The position numbers and the translations under genes are program-made. Below, in pieces: positions 29,500 through 39,617 of a stretch of 64,000 bases of DNA (within the stretch, counting starts at the first letter, position 1; every line of letters begins with the position of its first letter). The notes under the pieces were generated by a model. That model worked only from the letters and a program-made list of their open reading frames with translations. It did no database searches and was not told the origin of the DNA. The DNA is from a virus: positions 1 to 64,000 of IMG/VR virus record IMGVR_UViG_3300049912_000012; one strand, written 5' to 3'.

Positions 29500-31430
29500 T
29501 AGTAAATAGAATATTTTGCATTCAGATAATTTATTACAGATGTCTGATTAGGGTCAGTGTCCACAATACCAACTCTGAAGATAACTTCTTTAATGGACAT
29601 GCTTGCGGCATCGTCATTATGACTACCAATCCTGAGAATAGAATATCCACTCTCAGTACCAAGTGTACCAGTTACAGCAGTATTGGCATTTATCTGAATC
29701 TTTGATCCATTAGAAACATCATTATTATGAACATTCCTAATAATATAATATGTATCATCCGTCCAATAACTATCTGATGTTGAAAATGCTTCTCCTCCTC
29801 CCATCAATGTAAGCCCATGAAGTGATCCGGTTCTTATATTTAAAGTACTGAATCCAAGTCTGTAAAGAGCTTTCCCAGCACCATCAGCATGTATGGCAAC
29901 AACCATATAGATAGTCATTGGAAATGTATAACTGACAGCATCATTTTCAAGATAGTCATTAACACCATCAAAATCAATCTCTAAATTGACAGAATCTTTA
30001 ACAGGTCGGTATGTTGCTGGTGAGATTAAATCCCATCCCGAAGAAGACTGATCTTCCAATTTGTAAATATAACCAAGACTCCTGCTCATGTATGTTGCCG
30101 ATCCATCACCATACATATACCATCCTTTTGTATATGTATCAGATGAAAGAAATGACGGAGGTGTTACCGCTTGATTACTTATAGTGATATTCCTATGACC
30201 ATGTACCGCCGATCCATCATCGGCAGTCGAAGTTACTTCAACAACACCATTTGAAACAGCTGTAAGAAGTCCTCCGGCACTGATAGTCCCTATATCCTCA
30301 TCATCTACTGACCATGTATTTGAAGTATCCGCAGCATTAGTTGGTAATGTCTTTTTAAGCATTTGGAGTGTTCCTTCCGACACTGTTATAGTTGTTGCCC
30401 CTCCAGTACCCCATACAGAAATGCCAGTAACCAATATTGGTAAATTATTGGTAACTGGTTTATTAACCCAAGAATTAACTTTATTTAACGTGCTATCTTG
30501 TAATCTTTTCTTACCATTCTGAGTAGCATTTGTTGAAGTATAATCCAATAAATATGTAGTGGTGCTTGTTGTGCCAGGATCAGCCAAAACTAAGAATAAT
30601 GAATCATTACTTATAAGTGCAGTATCCAAAACTACATGAGTACCATTTGCTGTAAAATCAAATCCTTCAACCGATGGAATTGAATCCTGATGCACATCAG
30701 TAGTATCAAAAACGACAACTAAGGTATCATCAGCATAGTCCCCTATCTCTGCACTTAAAAACCTGGGGGGTGCAATATCAAGACCTAAATTATTGATATT
30801 TTCGATTAGAGTAGCTAAATCATCCTTTATAATTTGCACTTCAGCTATTAAACTGTCTATTTTATAATAAAGATATGTAGTATCATAGACATACATTTCT
30901 CCAATCTGCTCTCTATATGCGTATGGAATATATGGAGCAAGAGTGTCAGACCCATGATAAATCTTAACATCACTTGCTACTGAAGAAATAGAATCAATCT
31001 GGACTTTTGCTGAACCTCCAACCTTTAATGCAGGAGTTATCACAATGCCTGTAAACGTTGGTGATACAATATTTGACTTTAAAGGCATCCTTATATCCAT
31101 TGTATCATGTATCTGATCAGCTACTTCTGTCTCTGATAGTCCTGCCTCCCCTAATTCAGATGAAAGAGCATAGTGCGATAACATATTGGCAGTATCCGAT
31201 ACATTTACCTTGCCATTATTATATGGTAGTAAAATAGTTGCGCCATTATAGAACTTTATATCACCCGCTGTTGAACTTATACTATCAATCTTGACTTTTG
31301 AAGATTTGGTTACATAATTTCCTCCGACTTGTAATCCACCAAAAGCCCTCACTTGGTATTTAAAGTCGTTCTGGGCGAATAGATTAAGTCCAACAAGCAA
31401 AAAACTAACTATTAAATATATCCTCTTCAT
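29499..31430 (-). CDS. Secreted multidomain protein: repeat region + Ig-like + Big_2 + LamG-like domain
   Basis: Signal MKRIYLIVSFLLVGLNLFA-Q; Big_2 closely similar to that of 26635..29499; C-terminus paralogous to 20691..21782. Confidence 0.7.
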   Translation of the reverse strand: MKRIYLIVSFLLVGLNLFAQNDFKYQVRAFGGLQVGGNYVTKSSKVKIDSISSTAGDIKFYNGATILLPYNNGKVNVSDTANMLSHYALSSELGEAGLSETEVADQIHDTMDIRMPLKSNIVSPTFTGIVITPALKVGGSAKVQIDSISSVASDVKIYHGSDTLAPYIPYAYREQIGEMYVYDTTYLYYKIDSLIAEVQIIKDDLATLIENINNLGLDIAPPRFLSAEIGDYADDTLVVVFDTTDVHQDSIPSVEGFDFTANGTHVVLDTALISNDSLFLVLADPGTTSTTTYLLDYTSTNATQNGKKRLQDSTLNKVNSWVNKPVTNNLPILVTGISVWGTGGATTITVSEGTLQMLKKTLPTNAADTSNTWSVDDEDIGTISAGGLLTAVSNGVVEVTSTADDGSAVHGHRNITISNQAVTPPSFLSSDTYTKGWYMYGDGSATYMSRSLGYIYKLEDQSSSGWDLISPATYRPVKDSVNLEIDFDGVNDYLENDAVSYTFPMTIYMVVAIHADGAGKALYRLGFSTLNIRTGSLHGLTLMGGGEAFSTSDSYWTDDTYYIIRNVHNNDVSNGSKIQINANTAVTGTLGTESGYSILRIGSHNDDAASMSIKEVIFRVGIVDTDPNQTSVINYLNAKYSIY

Positions 31431-31431
31431 T

Positions 31432-31770
31432 TTATTCTGGTTTTAAACTATATATATTTTCCCAATCCAAATTTTCCATTCCGATAAATCCAGTCGGTGT
31501 CAGTGTCCTGTCAATATGATATGAAGTGCCAACTATCCTATGCCTGTAAAGATGAGCCAGGTCAATAATAACATTATCTTCCGTCAAGTCAAGAGTCATC
31601 AAAGTATCCCATGTAACACCAGAATCAGCAGAATAGTAAAGAACAAAATAACCACCAGCATTATTAATTTCCCGTTTATACCGGGTCGTACCTGATGTCA
31701 ATATAAAATAAGTTGAAGCCCAACCCACCGACCTCCTGCCTATTCCTATTATATTGCTGATCCCGATCAT
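31432..31770 (-). CDS. Small protein carrying the shared module at its C-terminus
   Basis: MIGISNIIGIG...LTPTGFIGMENLDWENI. Confidence 0.65.
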   Translation of the reverse strand: MIGISNIIGIGRRSVGWASTYFILTSGTTRYKREINNAGGYFVLYYSADSGVTWDTLMTLDLTEDNVIIDLAHLYRHRIVGTSYHIDRTLTPTGFIGMENLDWENIYSLKPE

Positions 31771-31788
31771 TGGTTGCGATTTAAAAAA

Positions 31789-32115
31789 TTAAGTCTTCTG
31801 CCAACCTTTCTTCAGATAATAAACTATAACACTGCCAGCACCAACTTCTATCGAACTTAATGGATAGTCAGGAACTATAAAGTCAAATTGTTTAAGACTT
31901 ACATATGCATCAGAAGACTCTCCTCCAACCCATCCTCTTGAAGTAACTACATTATCAGTCCCCTCTATATCTTCTGTAACAGACTCAATAGTAGTAGAAT
32001 CTTCCCTAACAACAATAGCATATATCCTGCCTATCCTCGCAGTAAAAGCACCATTTGCTGCAGTAACAATATCACATCCATCACCACCTAACATTTTTTG
32101 TAATTCATTTGCCAT
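31789..32115 (-). CDS. Hypothetical beta-rich structural protein
   Basis: 108-aa ORF in operon. Confidence 0.5.
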   Translation of the reverse strand: MANELQKMLGGDGCDIVTAANGAFTARIGRIYAIVVREDSTTIESVTEDIEGTDNVVTSRGWVGGESSDAYVSLKQFDFIVPDYPLSSIEVGAGSVIVYYLKKGWQKT

Positions 32116-32119
32116 GACA

Positions 32120-32422
32120 TTATGATTTTATAAATTTCTCGAATAATATGAAAGTCTGTTCATTTATTTTTCCTTCTTTATCTATTTTCTTTAAAGTCTC
32201 CTGCACAATATCAAATGCCTTTTCCCCAATCTCTATTTCCTTATCCATAGATTTTTTCCATGTTACCCTACCTTCTTTTTCATCAATACCACAATCCTTA
32301 ATCTCTTTTTCATTAAAAGCTAATTTTGCCTTTAAATCCATCAATATCTTGAAAGTTATATAACTTCCTTCCCTTGGTAATACTTGTAATAAAGTAATAC
32401 GTTCTAAAACATTTAATTTCAT
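32120..32422 (-). CDS. Hypothetical protein, possible fibre chaperone
   Basis: 100-aa helical protein directly after the repeat fibre gene. Confidence 0.45.
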   Translation of the reverse strand: MKLNVLERITLLQVLPREGSYITFKILMDLKAKLAFNEKEIKDCGIDEKEGRVTWKKSMDKEIEIGEKAFDIVQETLKKIDKEGKINEQTFILFEKFIKS

Positions 32423-32445
32423 AGTTCTTTGGTTAAGATTTATAA

Positions 32446-33357
32446 TTATGATAATTCTGTTGCAAAAATAGGAATGAAATAATCTGCGCCATTAATATCT
32501 ATCTTGATACATGCATCAGCACCTAATCCACCTCCACTTGGTACATCTTTCGGGTTTACATCAACATTGAATATACAACCTGCAAGAGCATTAAACTTAA
32601 ATAAATTTGTAACACTAGCAGCAGCAGCAATATTTATAGCATTTGTAATAGTACCTCCAAGGTTCAATCCATTGGTAAACGCACCTGTAAGAGTCTTAAA
32701 TGCATCAGTAGCACTTCCTGTCACACTTACTGCCGTTGTCGTTGCCCCTGCTACAAGTACTCCTGTAGTCACCGCACTTGCAATATTAAAGGCAGTAGCA
32801 ATAGTCCCCGAAGTCACTTTAAAGGCATCAGTCGCATTTCCTGCGATATTATACCCAGTAGTTACTGATCCTGTAATGGTATAAGCCGTTCCACAAGCAC
32901 CTACACTCACCCCTGTAGTCAATGTACCTGCAAGGCTCAACCCTGTCCCAAATACACCTGTAAGTACCCCTATCGCTGTTGTAGCACTACCTGTTATCTC
33001 AAGAGCTTTGCCACATGCACCTGAAACAAGTATCCCCGCATTACTGCCTGTCCCTGCAAGAGATACCATGTTAGTACCACTAAATGCAGACGTAATAGCA
33101 ATACCCGTAGTACCATCAGCAGCAATGTTAATCCCCGTAGTAAATGCACCTGTAACAGAAAGTGCAGTACCAGATGTACCCGAAACAGAAATAGCAGTAG
33201 TAGATGCACCTGTTATAGAAATCTCGGTTGCCAAGTCAGTATCCAAAAGGATACCTTCTGCTGCAGTTCCTAATCCAAGAAGTGTCCTTAATTCCTGTGT
33301 ACGTTCTGCTGCTTCAGCTCCTTTTAAAGTGTACAAATTCTTAATTACTCTTTTCAT
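32446..33357 (-). CDS. T/G/A-rich beta-helix fibre protein with ~10-11-aa repeats
   Basis: About 20 repeats of the type TTAISVTGAF / TTGINIAADG; C-terminal IKIDING..YFIP. Confidence 0.65.
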   Translation of the reverse strand: MKRVIKNLYTLKGAEAAERTQELRTLLGLGTAAEGILLDTDLATEISITGASTTAISVSGTSGTALSVTGAFTTGINIAADGTTGIAITSAFSGTNMVSLAGTGSNAGILVSGACGKALEITGSATTAIGVLTGVFGTGLSLAGTLTTGVSVGACGTAYTITGSVTTGYNIAGNATDAFKVTSGTIATAFNIASAVTTGVLVAGATTTAVSVTGSATDAFKTLTGAFTNGLNLGGTITNAINIAAAASVTNLFKFNALAGCIFNVDVNPKDVPSGGGLGADACIKIDINGADYFIPIFATELS

Positions 33358-33434
33358 TTATTTATCTTCTTTAGTAAATATCAAGATTATAACTAATAAA
33401 ATAATTATCCCACCTATAGCCAGGTAAATTACAT

Positions 33435-33896
33435 TCATCGAAATAGTATTTTAAATTCATCCTTATTCCTGCAAAAAATAGATTTGAGAGTGCCGTCACT
33501 TACATTCATTTCCTCACCCAGTTGTTTATATGTTAAATCTCTCCAAAAATGTCCAAGGATTATCTTCTTCTTAATATCTGAAAGATGACTCCCATTAACA
33601 GCATTTAACATATCAGGATAATTCACTTCTTCGTCACTTATATCTAAACCATTTAAATCTGTATATCGTTGCTCTCTCTTTAACTGTGTTATACAACAAT
33701 TTTTTACAAGTCTCCGAAGATAATTAATCCTTTGCCCATTGTAAAGTTCATATACATCAGTTCTTGACTCAAGAATCCTTAAAACACAATCATGAATAAT
33801 ATCACCTGGGTCTAATCCATAACGAGCAATAGACCTTGTAAATAGTTTACGATTCTCATAAAAATATTCTACTAATTCATTTTTATCTAGTTTCAT
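33435..33896 (-). CDS. ECF-like sigma-70 factor
   Basis: Region 2 (DIIHDCVLRI...YLRRLVKN.CI) and region 4 HTH (LTYKQLGEEMNVSDGTLKS...R). Confidence 0.75.
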   Translation of the reverse strand: MKLDKNELVEYFYENRKLFTRSIARYGLDPGDIIHDCVLRILESRTDVYELYNGQRINYLRRLVKNCCITQLKREQRYTDLNGLDISDEEVNYPDMLNAVNGSHLSDIKKKIILGHFWRDLTYKQLGEEMNVSDGTLKSIFCRNKDEFKILFR

Positions 33897-33906
33897 GACA
33901 TTTATA

Positions 33907-35421
33907 TTAAGTTACCCTACGAGCTATCTTCTTATTAGCTAACTTAGTTACAGCAAGAGATGACGCATCAACCTGGTCCTTATATGTGGAAAACGGAAAA
34001 TAACGTAATTCATTTATATAATTCAGATTCCAACTTCCCTGTAAAAGTATTACATTACCATTATTAACCTGTACTGAATAAGGATCAGCACGATACGTTT
34101 TATCTCCCGATGCATGTTCTGAATCTGCTTTAAACCCTAAAAGATTCCTTATTGTACCTTCTGCCGATTCCTTCCCTGAACTACCAGGTTCTTGTTCTAT
34201 CCATATTTCCACACCTGTACCATCTGTGTCTGCAACCGACCTGATAATCCTTTCTCTCTCTTGACTTTCCCATTGACCCCGCACAACATCTTCAACCAAT
34301 AACCTGTTATTAATCAATTTACTTATCTTAACCCCTGCTGTATATGCACCACCTCCCTGTGTTCCTGCCTTATCCCATGCACGCACAGTATGTAATATCT
34401 CATGTTTTTGTGGAAGTGACGTGGTAATAGTAAATTTATCAACCTTGAACATACCTCCACCTGGGGGTGTAGGATTTTGCCCTATCTGCCCTGCATATCC
34501 ATACTGTCCTAACTTGGATTCAAGGTCTTTAAGAGTCTTCCATGAAATACGCTTGGTATCCAAGAGATCATCAGTATAAAAATCAACCATCTCTTTAGGA
34601 GTAACAAATTCCCTAAAGTTGCGTATCTCACCTGGGAGACAGATATGCCTGACATTTTCTTCTTTCTTATCAAGCCAATGACCTGATGGATCATTCATAT
34701 GAAGCCTTTGCATTATTAAAATAACAGGGGTAATATCTTTATCCCTCTTACGAAGTGGAAGTGTTTGTTCCATGAAATGATTAGCATTCGCCAATTCTAT
34801 ATCTGATGCAGCCTGTGTAGGATTTAACGGGTCATCAACAATAAGTATATCTGCATGAAATCCTGTAACAGTACCGGTAAGAGATGTACTGATCCTGCCT
34901 CCACCCGTTAAAAGACTCCCCCTCCTATGAGTACCACCTGCACCTGTAACCTTCTTAGCAATCTTAAAATTAGACTTGACGTTCTTATCTTCCTTTATAA
35001 TAATGTCAGGGTACATCTCTTGGAATAACTGGCTCTGCAATATATCACGACAATATTCTGCACTTTCCAAGGAAAGTTTATCCGAATAGGACATTGTTAT
35101 GATAAGCATCCAATGCCATCGAGTCCAACACCAGATAGGAAACATGATACTAACAAGGGCCGTTTTTGTGCTTCCTGGTGGTACGTTCAGGATTAAATCA
35201 TAATCCCTGGGTTCCCTACGTGAAACTTTCTCGGCAACTTTTTCAAGTTCTTTACAGAGATATTCTATATGCCAGTTTGGGGAAAACGGTTGTGACGAAT
35301 ATACAGGCCAAAAATATTTAAGGAAGTGGTAGAGGGAGCGGTTGTTTAGTTCCCTCGTAATGAGTAGGGGGTTCTTCAAGAGTTCCTTGACAATTTCAGG
35401 GCTAATTGTCGTCCCCGGCAT
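33907..35421 (-). CDS. terL: Terminase large subunit
   Basis: LNVPPGSTKT Walker A, ILIVDDP Walker B, IMQRLH..D, WDKA, KDQVDA nuclease motifs. Confidence 0.93.
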   Translation of the reverse strand: MPGTTISPEIVKELLKNPLLITRELNNRSLYHFLKYFWPVYSSQPFSPNWHIEYLCKELEKVAEKVSRREPRDYDLILNVPPGSTKTALVSIMFPIWCWTRWHWMLIITMSYSDKLSLESAEYCRDILQSQLFQEMYPDIIIKEDKNVKSNFKIAKKVTGAGGTHRRGSLLTGGGRISTSLTGTVTGFHADILIVDDPLNPTQAASDIELANANHFMEQTLPLRKRDKDITPVILIMQRLHMNDPSGHWLDKKEENVRHICLPGEIRNFREFVTPKEMVDFYTDDLLDTKRISWKTLKDLESKLGQYGYAGQIGQNPTPPGGGMFKVDKFTITTSLPQKHEILHTVRAWDKAGTQGGGAYTAGVKISKLINNRLLVEDVVRGQWESQERERIIRSVADTDGTGVEIWIEQEPGSSGKESAEGTIRNLLGFKADSEHASGDKTYRADPYSVQVNNGNVILLQGSWNLNYINELRYFPFSTYKDQVDASSLAVTKLANKKIARRVT

Positions 35422-35944
35422 CTCCAGGTAGTGATATTAATGGTTCAGGTTCTATATCCGTGACATTCCTTAACTTCTTAGCTTCTTTCTCTAATAATGC
35501 CAAGATGTCAGTAGAGATAGTATCTATGTTGATGTTGATGTTTGCCGTGCTTTCTATACTTATCCTCTGTGTCTCTGACCATCCCTGGTCCCTCGCTTTA
35601 AGTGACATCAACCGCATTGCCGTCCAAGGATCAGGAAGTCTTTGCTTCTTGATAGTAGTTTTCTCCCACTTATGAACAGACCTGTCATAAGTTGCTACCT
35701 CTTCTTCATATGGAAAACCTAATGCAAGTTTAAGAATAGACTGTGTAACACCTGTTAAAATTCCCAAGTTACCATCGTCTATTGCCTTCTTAAATTCTTT
35801 ATGAGTCTTTTTCCATTGACAGTAGGTAGAATAATGAACATCCATTATCTCAGCCTGTTTTTGCTCTGAAAATCCTGCAGACGTAAGCAAATAGGCCATT
35901 TCAATGTATCTATCTGTCCACTTTACTAACCTTGAAGGTAACAT
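35402..35944 (-). CDS. terS: Terminase small subunit
   Basis: N-terminal HTH, W.K.H.EF..AI..G, L.LA.G..YEE; directly upstream of terL. Confidence 0.75.
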   Translation of the reverse strand: MLPSRLVKWTDRYIEMAYLLTSAGFSEQKQAEIMDVHYSTYCQWKKTHKEFKKAIDDGNLGILTGVTQSILKLALGFPYEEEVATYDRSVHKWEKTTIKKQRLPDPWTAMRLMSLKARDQGWSETQRISIESTANININIDTISTDILALLEKEAKKLRNVTDIEPEPLISLPGDAGDDN

Positions 35945-36086
35945 AAAAAATAATTTGGTTGCAATATAACGAAATATTTTTGACTTAAACGTAGTTTTTA
36001 GTTAAAAAGTTTCAACTAACATATAAAATTACCAACATAGGTACATAAATAAATATGAAAATAAATTGAAATTTAAAGTCAGAATA

Positions 36087-36107
36087 TCAAAAAATATTTT
36101 ATAATAG
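36087..36107 (+). promoter_or_regulatory. Promoter-like motif TCAAA-N-TTTATAATAG (also 49385-49405, 50221-50242, 58361-58382)
   Basis: Four intergenic copies on the + arm. Confidence 0.45.
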
Positions 36108-36150
36108 TGAAAAATAATCGTTCTTTTCCATTGTGGATTCAAAAATAAGT

Positions 36151-36290
36151 TCTACATTTGCTCTTGATTATTGTAGTGGATTACAGATGTATCAAGAAAA
36201 AACTTACAGAATTGCCCTATGTGCTGATGAAAAATCGTCAGTCGAAAGGCTATCGTTTGTATCCACTACAACGTCAGCCATAGGGTTTCT
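36151..36290 (+). ncRNA. Structured RNA leader A (pseudoknot/kissing architecture)
   Basis: TACATTTG promoter-like box; TTGTAGTGGAT (36171-81) complementary to ATCCACTACAA (36261-71) inside hairpin 36214-29/36272-86; GAAA tetraloop. Confidence 0.6.
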
Positions 36291-36512
36291 TCATAGCTTT
36301 TCCCATTGCTTGATTGTATTGAAGCAGAATCCAAAGCGGAGCAGGATATAGAAGTCTGAGAAAGATAAACAAATCCATGCTCCTTCTGTTAATTGAAGAC
36401 ATGGTCGGACAAAAGAAAGATTTAAAACTCAGCCTTTAACGATGAGGACACTTCTTGACCTGAGTGCAGATGCAACACGGAAGAAGAATTGTCCGAATAA
36501 AAGAAATATAAT

Positions 36513-36668
36513 ATGGAAATAATACTTTCACTCATAGCTTTATTTATTTCGGTACTTTTCTACCTCAGTGTTACCCAAACTCTAAAAGATAAAAAGAAAG
36601 AGTTTAAGAGGATAAGTGGTATGGATTATGATGAATACATAAAAAAAGAGAGACTAAATAAAAAATGA
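36513..36668 (+). CDS. 51-aa single-TM protein
   Basis: Hand translation MEIILSLIALFISVLFYLSVTQTLKDKKK...; ATGA overlap with 36665. Confidence 0.55.
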   Translation: MEIILSLIALFISVLFYLSVTQTLKDKKKEFKRISGMDYDEYIKKERLNKK

Positions 36669-36885
36669 GAAGGATAGCAAAAGTTATAAAAGGCAAGAAA
36701 GGTTATTTTATCCAAAGAGATGATGCAAAGATCAACTATGACTACAAGACTAAACAATTCTTATACGAATCAGAATTTATAACTACCGGTAAATTAATAA
36801 AAGAATTAAAGGAACAATTTGATGAAGGTTATCCTATCTCTGCAGACCCTAAAGTACTAAAGTCACTTGAAAAACTATTAGACAA

Positions 36886-37086
36886 ATGAAACATAAAGAT
36901 ACTTTTCTAACTAAAAAACAACTTCTTCACAGATTAGATGATGCTGATTATAGACTTGAATATTTTAAAGAATATTATTCTAAGTTAGAAAGTGATAATA
37001 AAGCATTGCAAAAACAACTATTTAATATGGATAGGAAGTACTATGAATTATTAAATAAAAAAAAGTGGTATCAGTTTTGGATATAA
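36886..37086 (+). CDS. Coiled-coil protein ending KKKWYQFW (paralog of 62190..62399)
   Basis: Direct protein similarity visible in the ORF track. Confidence 0.7.
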   Translation: MKHKDTFLTKKQLLHRLDDADYRLEYFKEYYSKLESDNKALQKQLFNMDRKYYELLNKKKWYQFWI

Positions 37087-39039
37087 ACGTCCTATATAAT
37101 ATAAGGTATAACCAAGTAATTTTAACTTTAAAAATGCTAAGATGGAGCCAAGAGACATAGAAAACCCTATTATTGAAAAAGACTTCAGACACCAGTTAAA
37201 TACTCTCTACGCCTTTTTATACAACCCTATGATACATGAGAGCGTCCCAGGCATTGTAAGCATCCACAGGACAAGGGAAGGGGCTGAGAAAGCCTTGGAG
37301 TGGCACAAGAACGAGGTAAGAGAAGAGTGGAAGTACAGGGGTGCTCCTGAAGAATATCCATTTGACTTTTGCCAATGGTGGGGAATAGAAGAAATACAAA
37401 TACAAGACTAACTATGACAATAGCACTTATAATCATAATAATTCTACTAATAGGGATTATTATTCTTTTTGCCAAATTATTCTCTGACTGTTTTAAATGG
37501 CCATCATGAAAAATAGCTTTGAACAAAAAGTCCTAATTTTCTATCTAATACTGACAGTTATCTCAGTAATAACTGTAATTATAATAATAAATTTAAAGTA
37601 CTTCTGATGAAAGACCTAATCAAAAAAGGCATAAAGACATTAAAAGACAATGGATACAAGCCTAAAGCTATTTGGCAAGATGGAGACAACATCTATATAG
37701 TAACAGACAACATAGACAGAAGTAAATACGCTAAACTAATAAAGAAATTCAAATGAAAGAGAAACTTTATACTGAACAAATATTCTTTAGAAGAACCAAG
37801 GGTGGGAAAATTGAGACAGCGTGGCTAACCTTTAATAGCAAGTGGCTAGCTCAAAACAGAGATGTATTTGCGAGAGCAATAAAACAACATATCGGGGAAG
37901 TATCAACATTATGGGGATAATATTATGAAAGAAAGACAATTTTACATTCAGCATGGATATGTAGGCAATGCTATGTGCTGGTGGAGGAAAGGAGACAGAG
38001 GCTACTCTACCAACCTCTCAGAAGCAGGCAAGTACCCTGAGTCAGTAGCAAGACGACAGGCAGCATGCAGACCTGAAGAAGATACAGCATGGCCTGTAGA
38101 CTACATCAACGGCAACAAGAAAGCCCACAAGAAGGTTGTAGACAGTCAGTACTGCGACTTCTCAGAGATGATATATGTAGCTAAAAAAGAGAAAAAGCTA
38201 TGCAAAGCAGATTATGATATGTCAACTTCAAGAGATTAAGATATGAGAAAGTGTAAACTTTGCGGAGATTTAACAGACACTGTATTCAACATAGACTTTA
38301 AAGCAGTACCTGTTTGTGAAGGCTGCGCTGCTTCCGTATTTCTACAACAAGCTAATTGGTATATAAAAGAATCTATTTCTAAAATTCACAAAACTGTAGA
38401 AAAAGATAATAATAACATCTTTAAACACATAAACGAATGAAAACATTTTTTACATACGAAGAAGATGAAGCATATCGTCAAGGACGAAAAGATGCTGACT
38501 ATGGAAGAACTGATCATTTTAGAACCAGTAGAAGCTTTGCAGAATACGACACACCTGATAAAGCATACTGGATAGGACAGGATGAACGCAAGCACGAGAA
38601 AGATGTTGCTGAGAGACAAAGAGAATATTGGGATGAACAATATGATAGATGGAGGAATGGATAAACAAGCAAGGCATGAATGAAAATGAATTAATGCTCG
38701 GAAATTACTATGCTATCGCAGAAAATGACGGAATTAAATATAAACAAATAACATATCTCATTCCTTCTGCCGAAGAATGGTTTTCAGATGGAGACAATAT
38801 ATCTCGTGCAGCAAAATCAGTTCCATTAGACCAAGTATGGATAAAATTATTAGGATTTAAATGGATAGGAAATCCCAATAAAACAGATAGTCTTGTCATT
38901 ACTCACTTTTCTAAACCAAATATAGAGATAATTTATTCTGACAAATATGGGTATAACCTAAGAGATATTAATGTAAAAATAAAATATGTTCATCAATTGC
39001 AAAACCTTTGGTTTGAACTTACAAAATTCAAATTAACCA

Positions 39040-39063
39040 AGCAATTTTAAAAGTAAAAATGCT
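39040..39063. repeat. 24-bp palindrome AGYAWTTTTA-N4-TAAAAWTRCT (best copy of at least 9)
   Basis: Copies start at 10613, 37115, 39040, 42753, 42978, 43689, 46021, 47644, 63661. Confidence 0.8.
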
Positions 39064-39617
39064 ATGAAATACTGGATAGAACTAACAAAGCCTGAGATAG
39101 AACATTTAAACAGCCTCCTGTCACTAAACGAAAACTACGGATGCTACTACGGCTCTAAGATGCAATATTGGAACAGACACAAGAGACTATGTACTAAGCT
39201 AGACAATATATCTAAAGACCGCTATATGTTCAGATCACCTAAAACAAAATAAGATGAAAAAGATAACATTACCAGAAGACAACCTAAAACAAGACGAATA
39301 TAAATTATACATAAATGCTCCTAGCTACGAAAACCAGAGGGCAAGGATGGAATTTGAAATAAAAAGAAATAAAGAACTATTGAGATTACAAAAACAACGA
39401 AATAATTACCTTTATATATTATTAGTAATTGTAATTGCAATTTTTGTTATACTTCTTATGTCCTGTAATCCTAAAATGTCCAACATAATAATAAGAAAAC
39501 AACTTATATACGACAATATATCTGTATACTACTTCGGAGACTATAAGTTCTTTAGCGACTCAACTCGCTATGAGCCAGGAGATACTGTCAAAGACCTTCA
39601 TGAAATAAGCTACAAAG

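Noticed and set aside
20691-31430. Diversity-generating retroelement acting on the adhesins
   Set aside because: No reverse transcriptase in the window and no TR/VR pair differing only at adenines was seen.
302-35675. Many + strand ORFs in the track over the minus-strand arm (e.g. 6695, 12066, 21756, 32504, 33008)
   Set aside because: Antisense shadows of well-supported genes, with no motifs.
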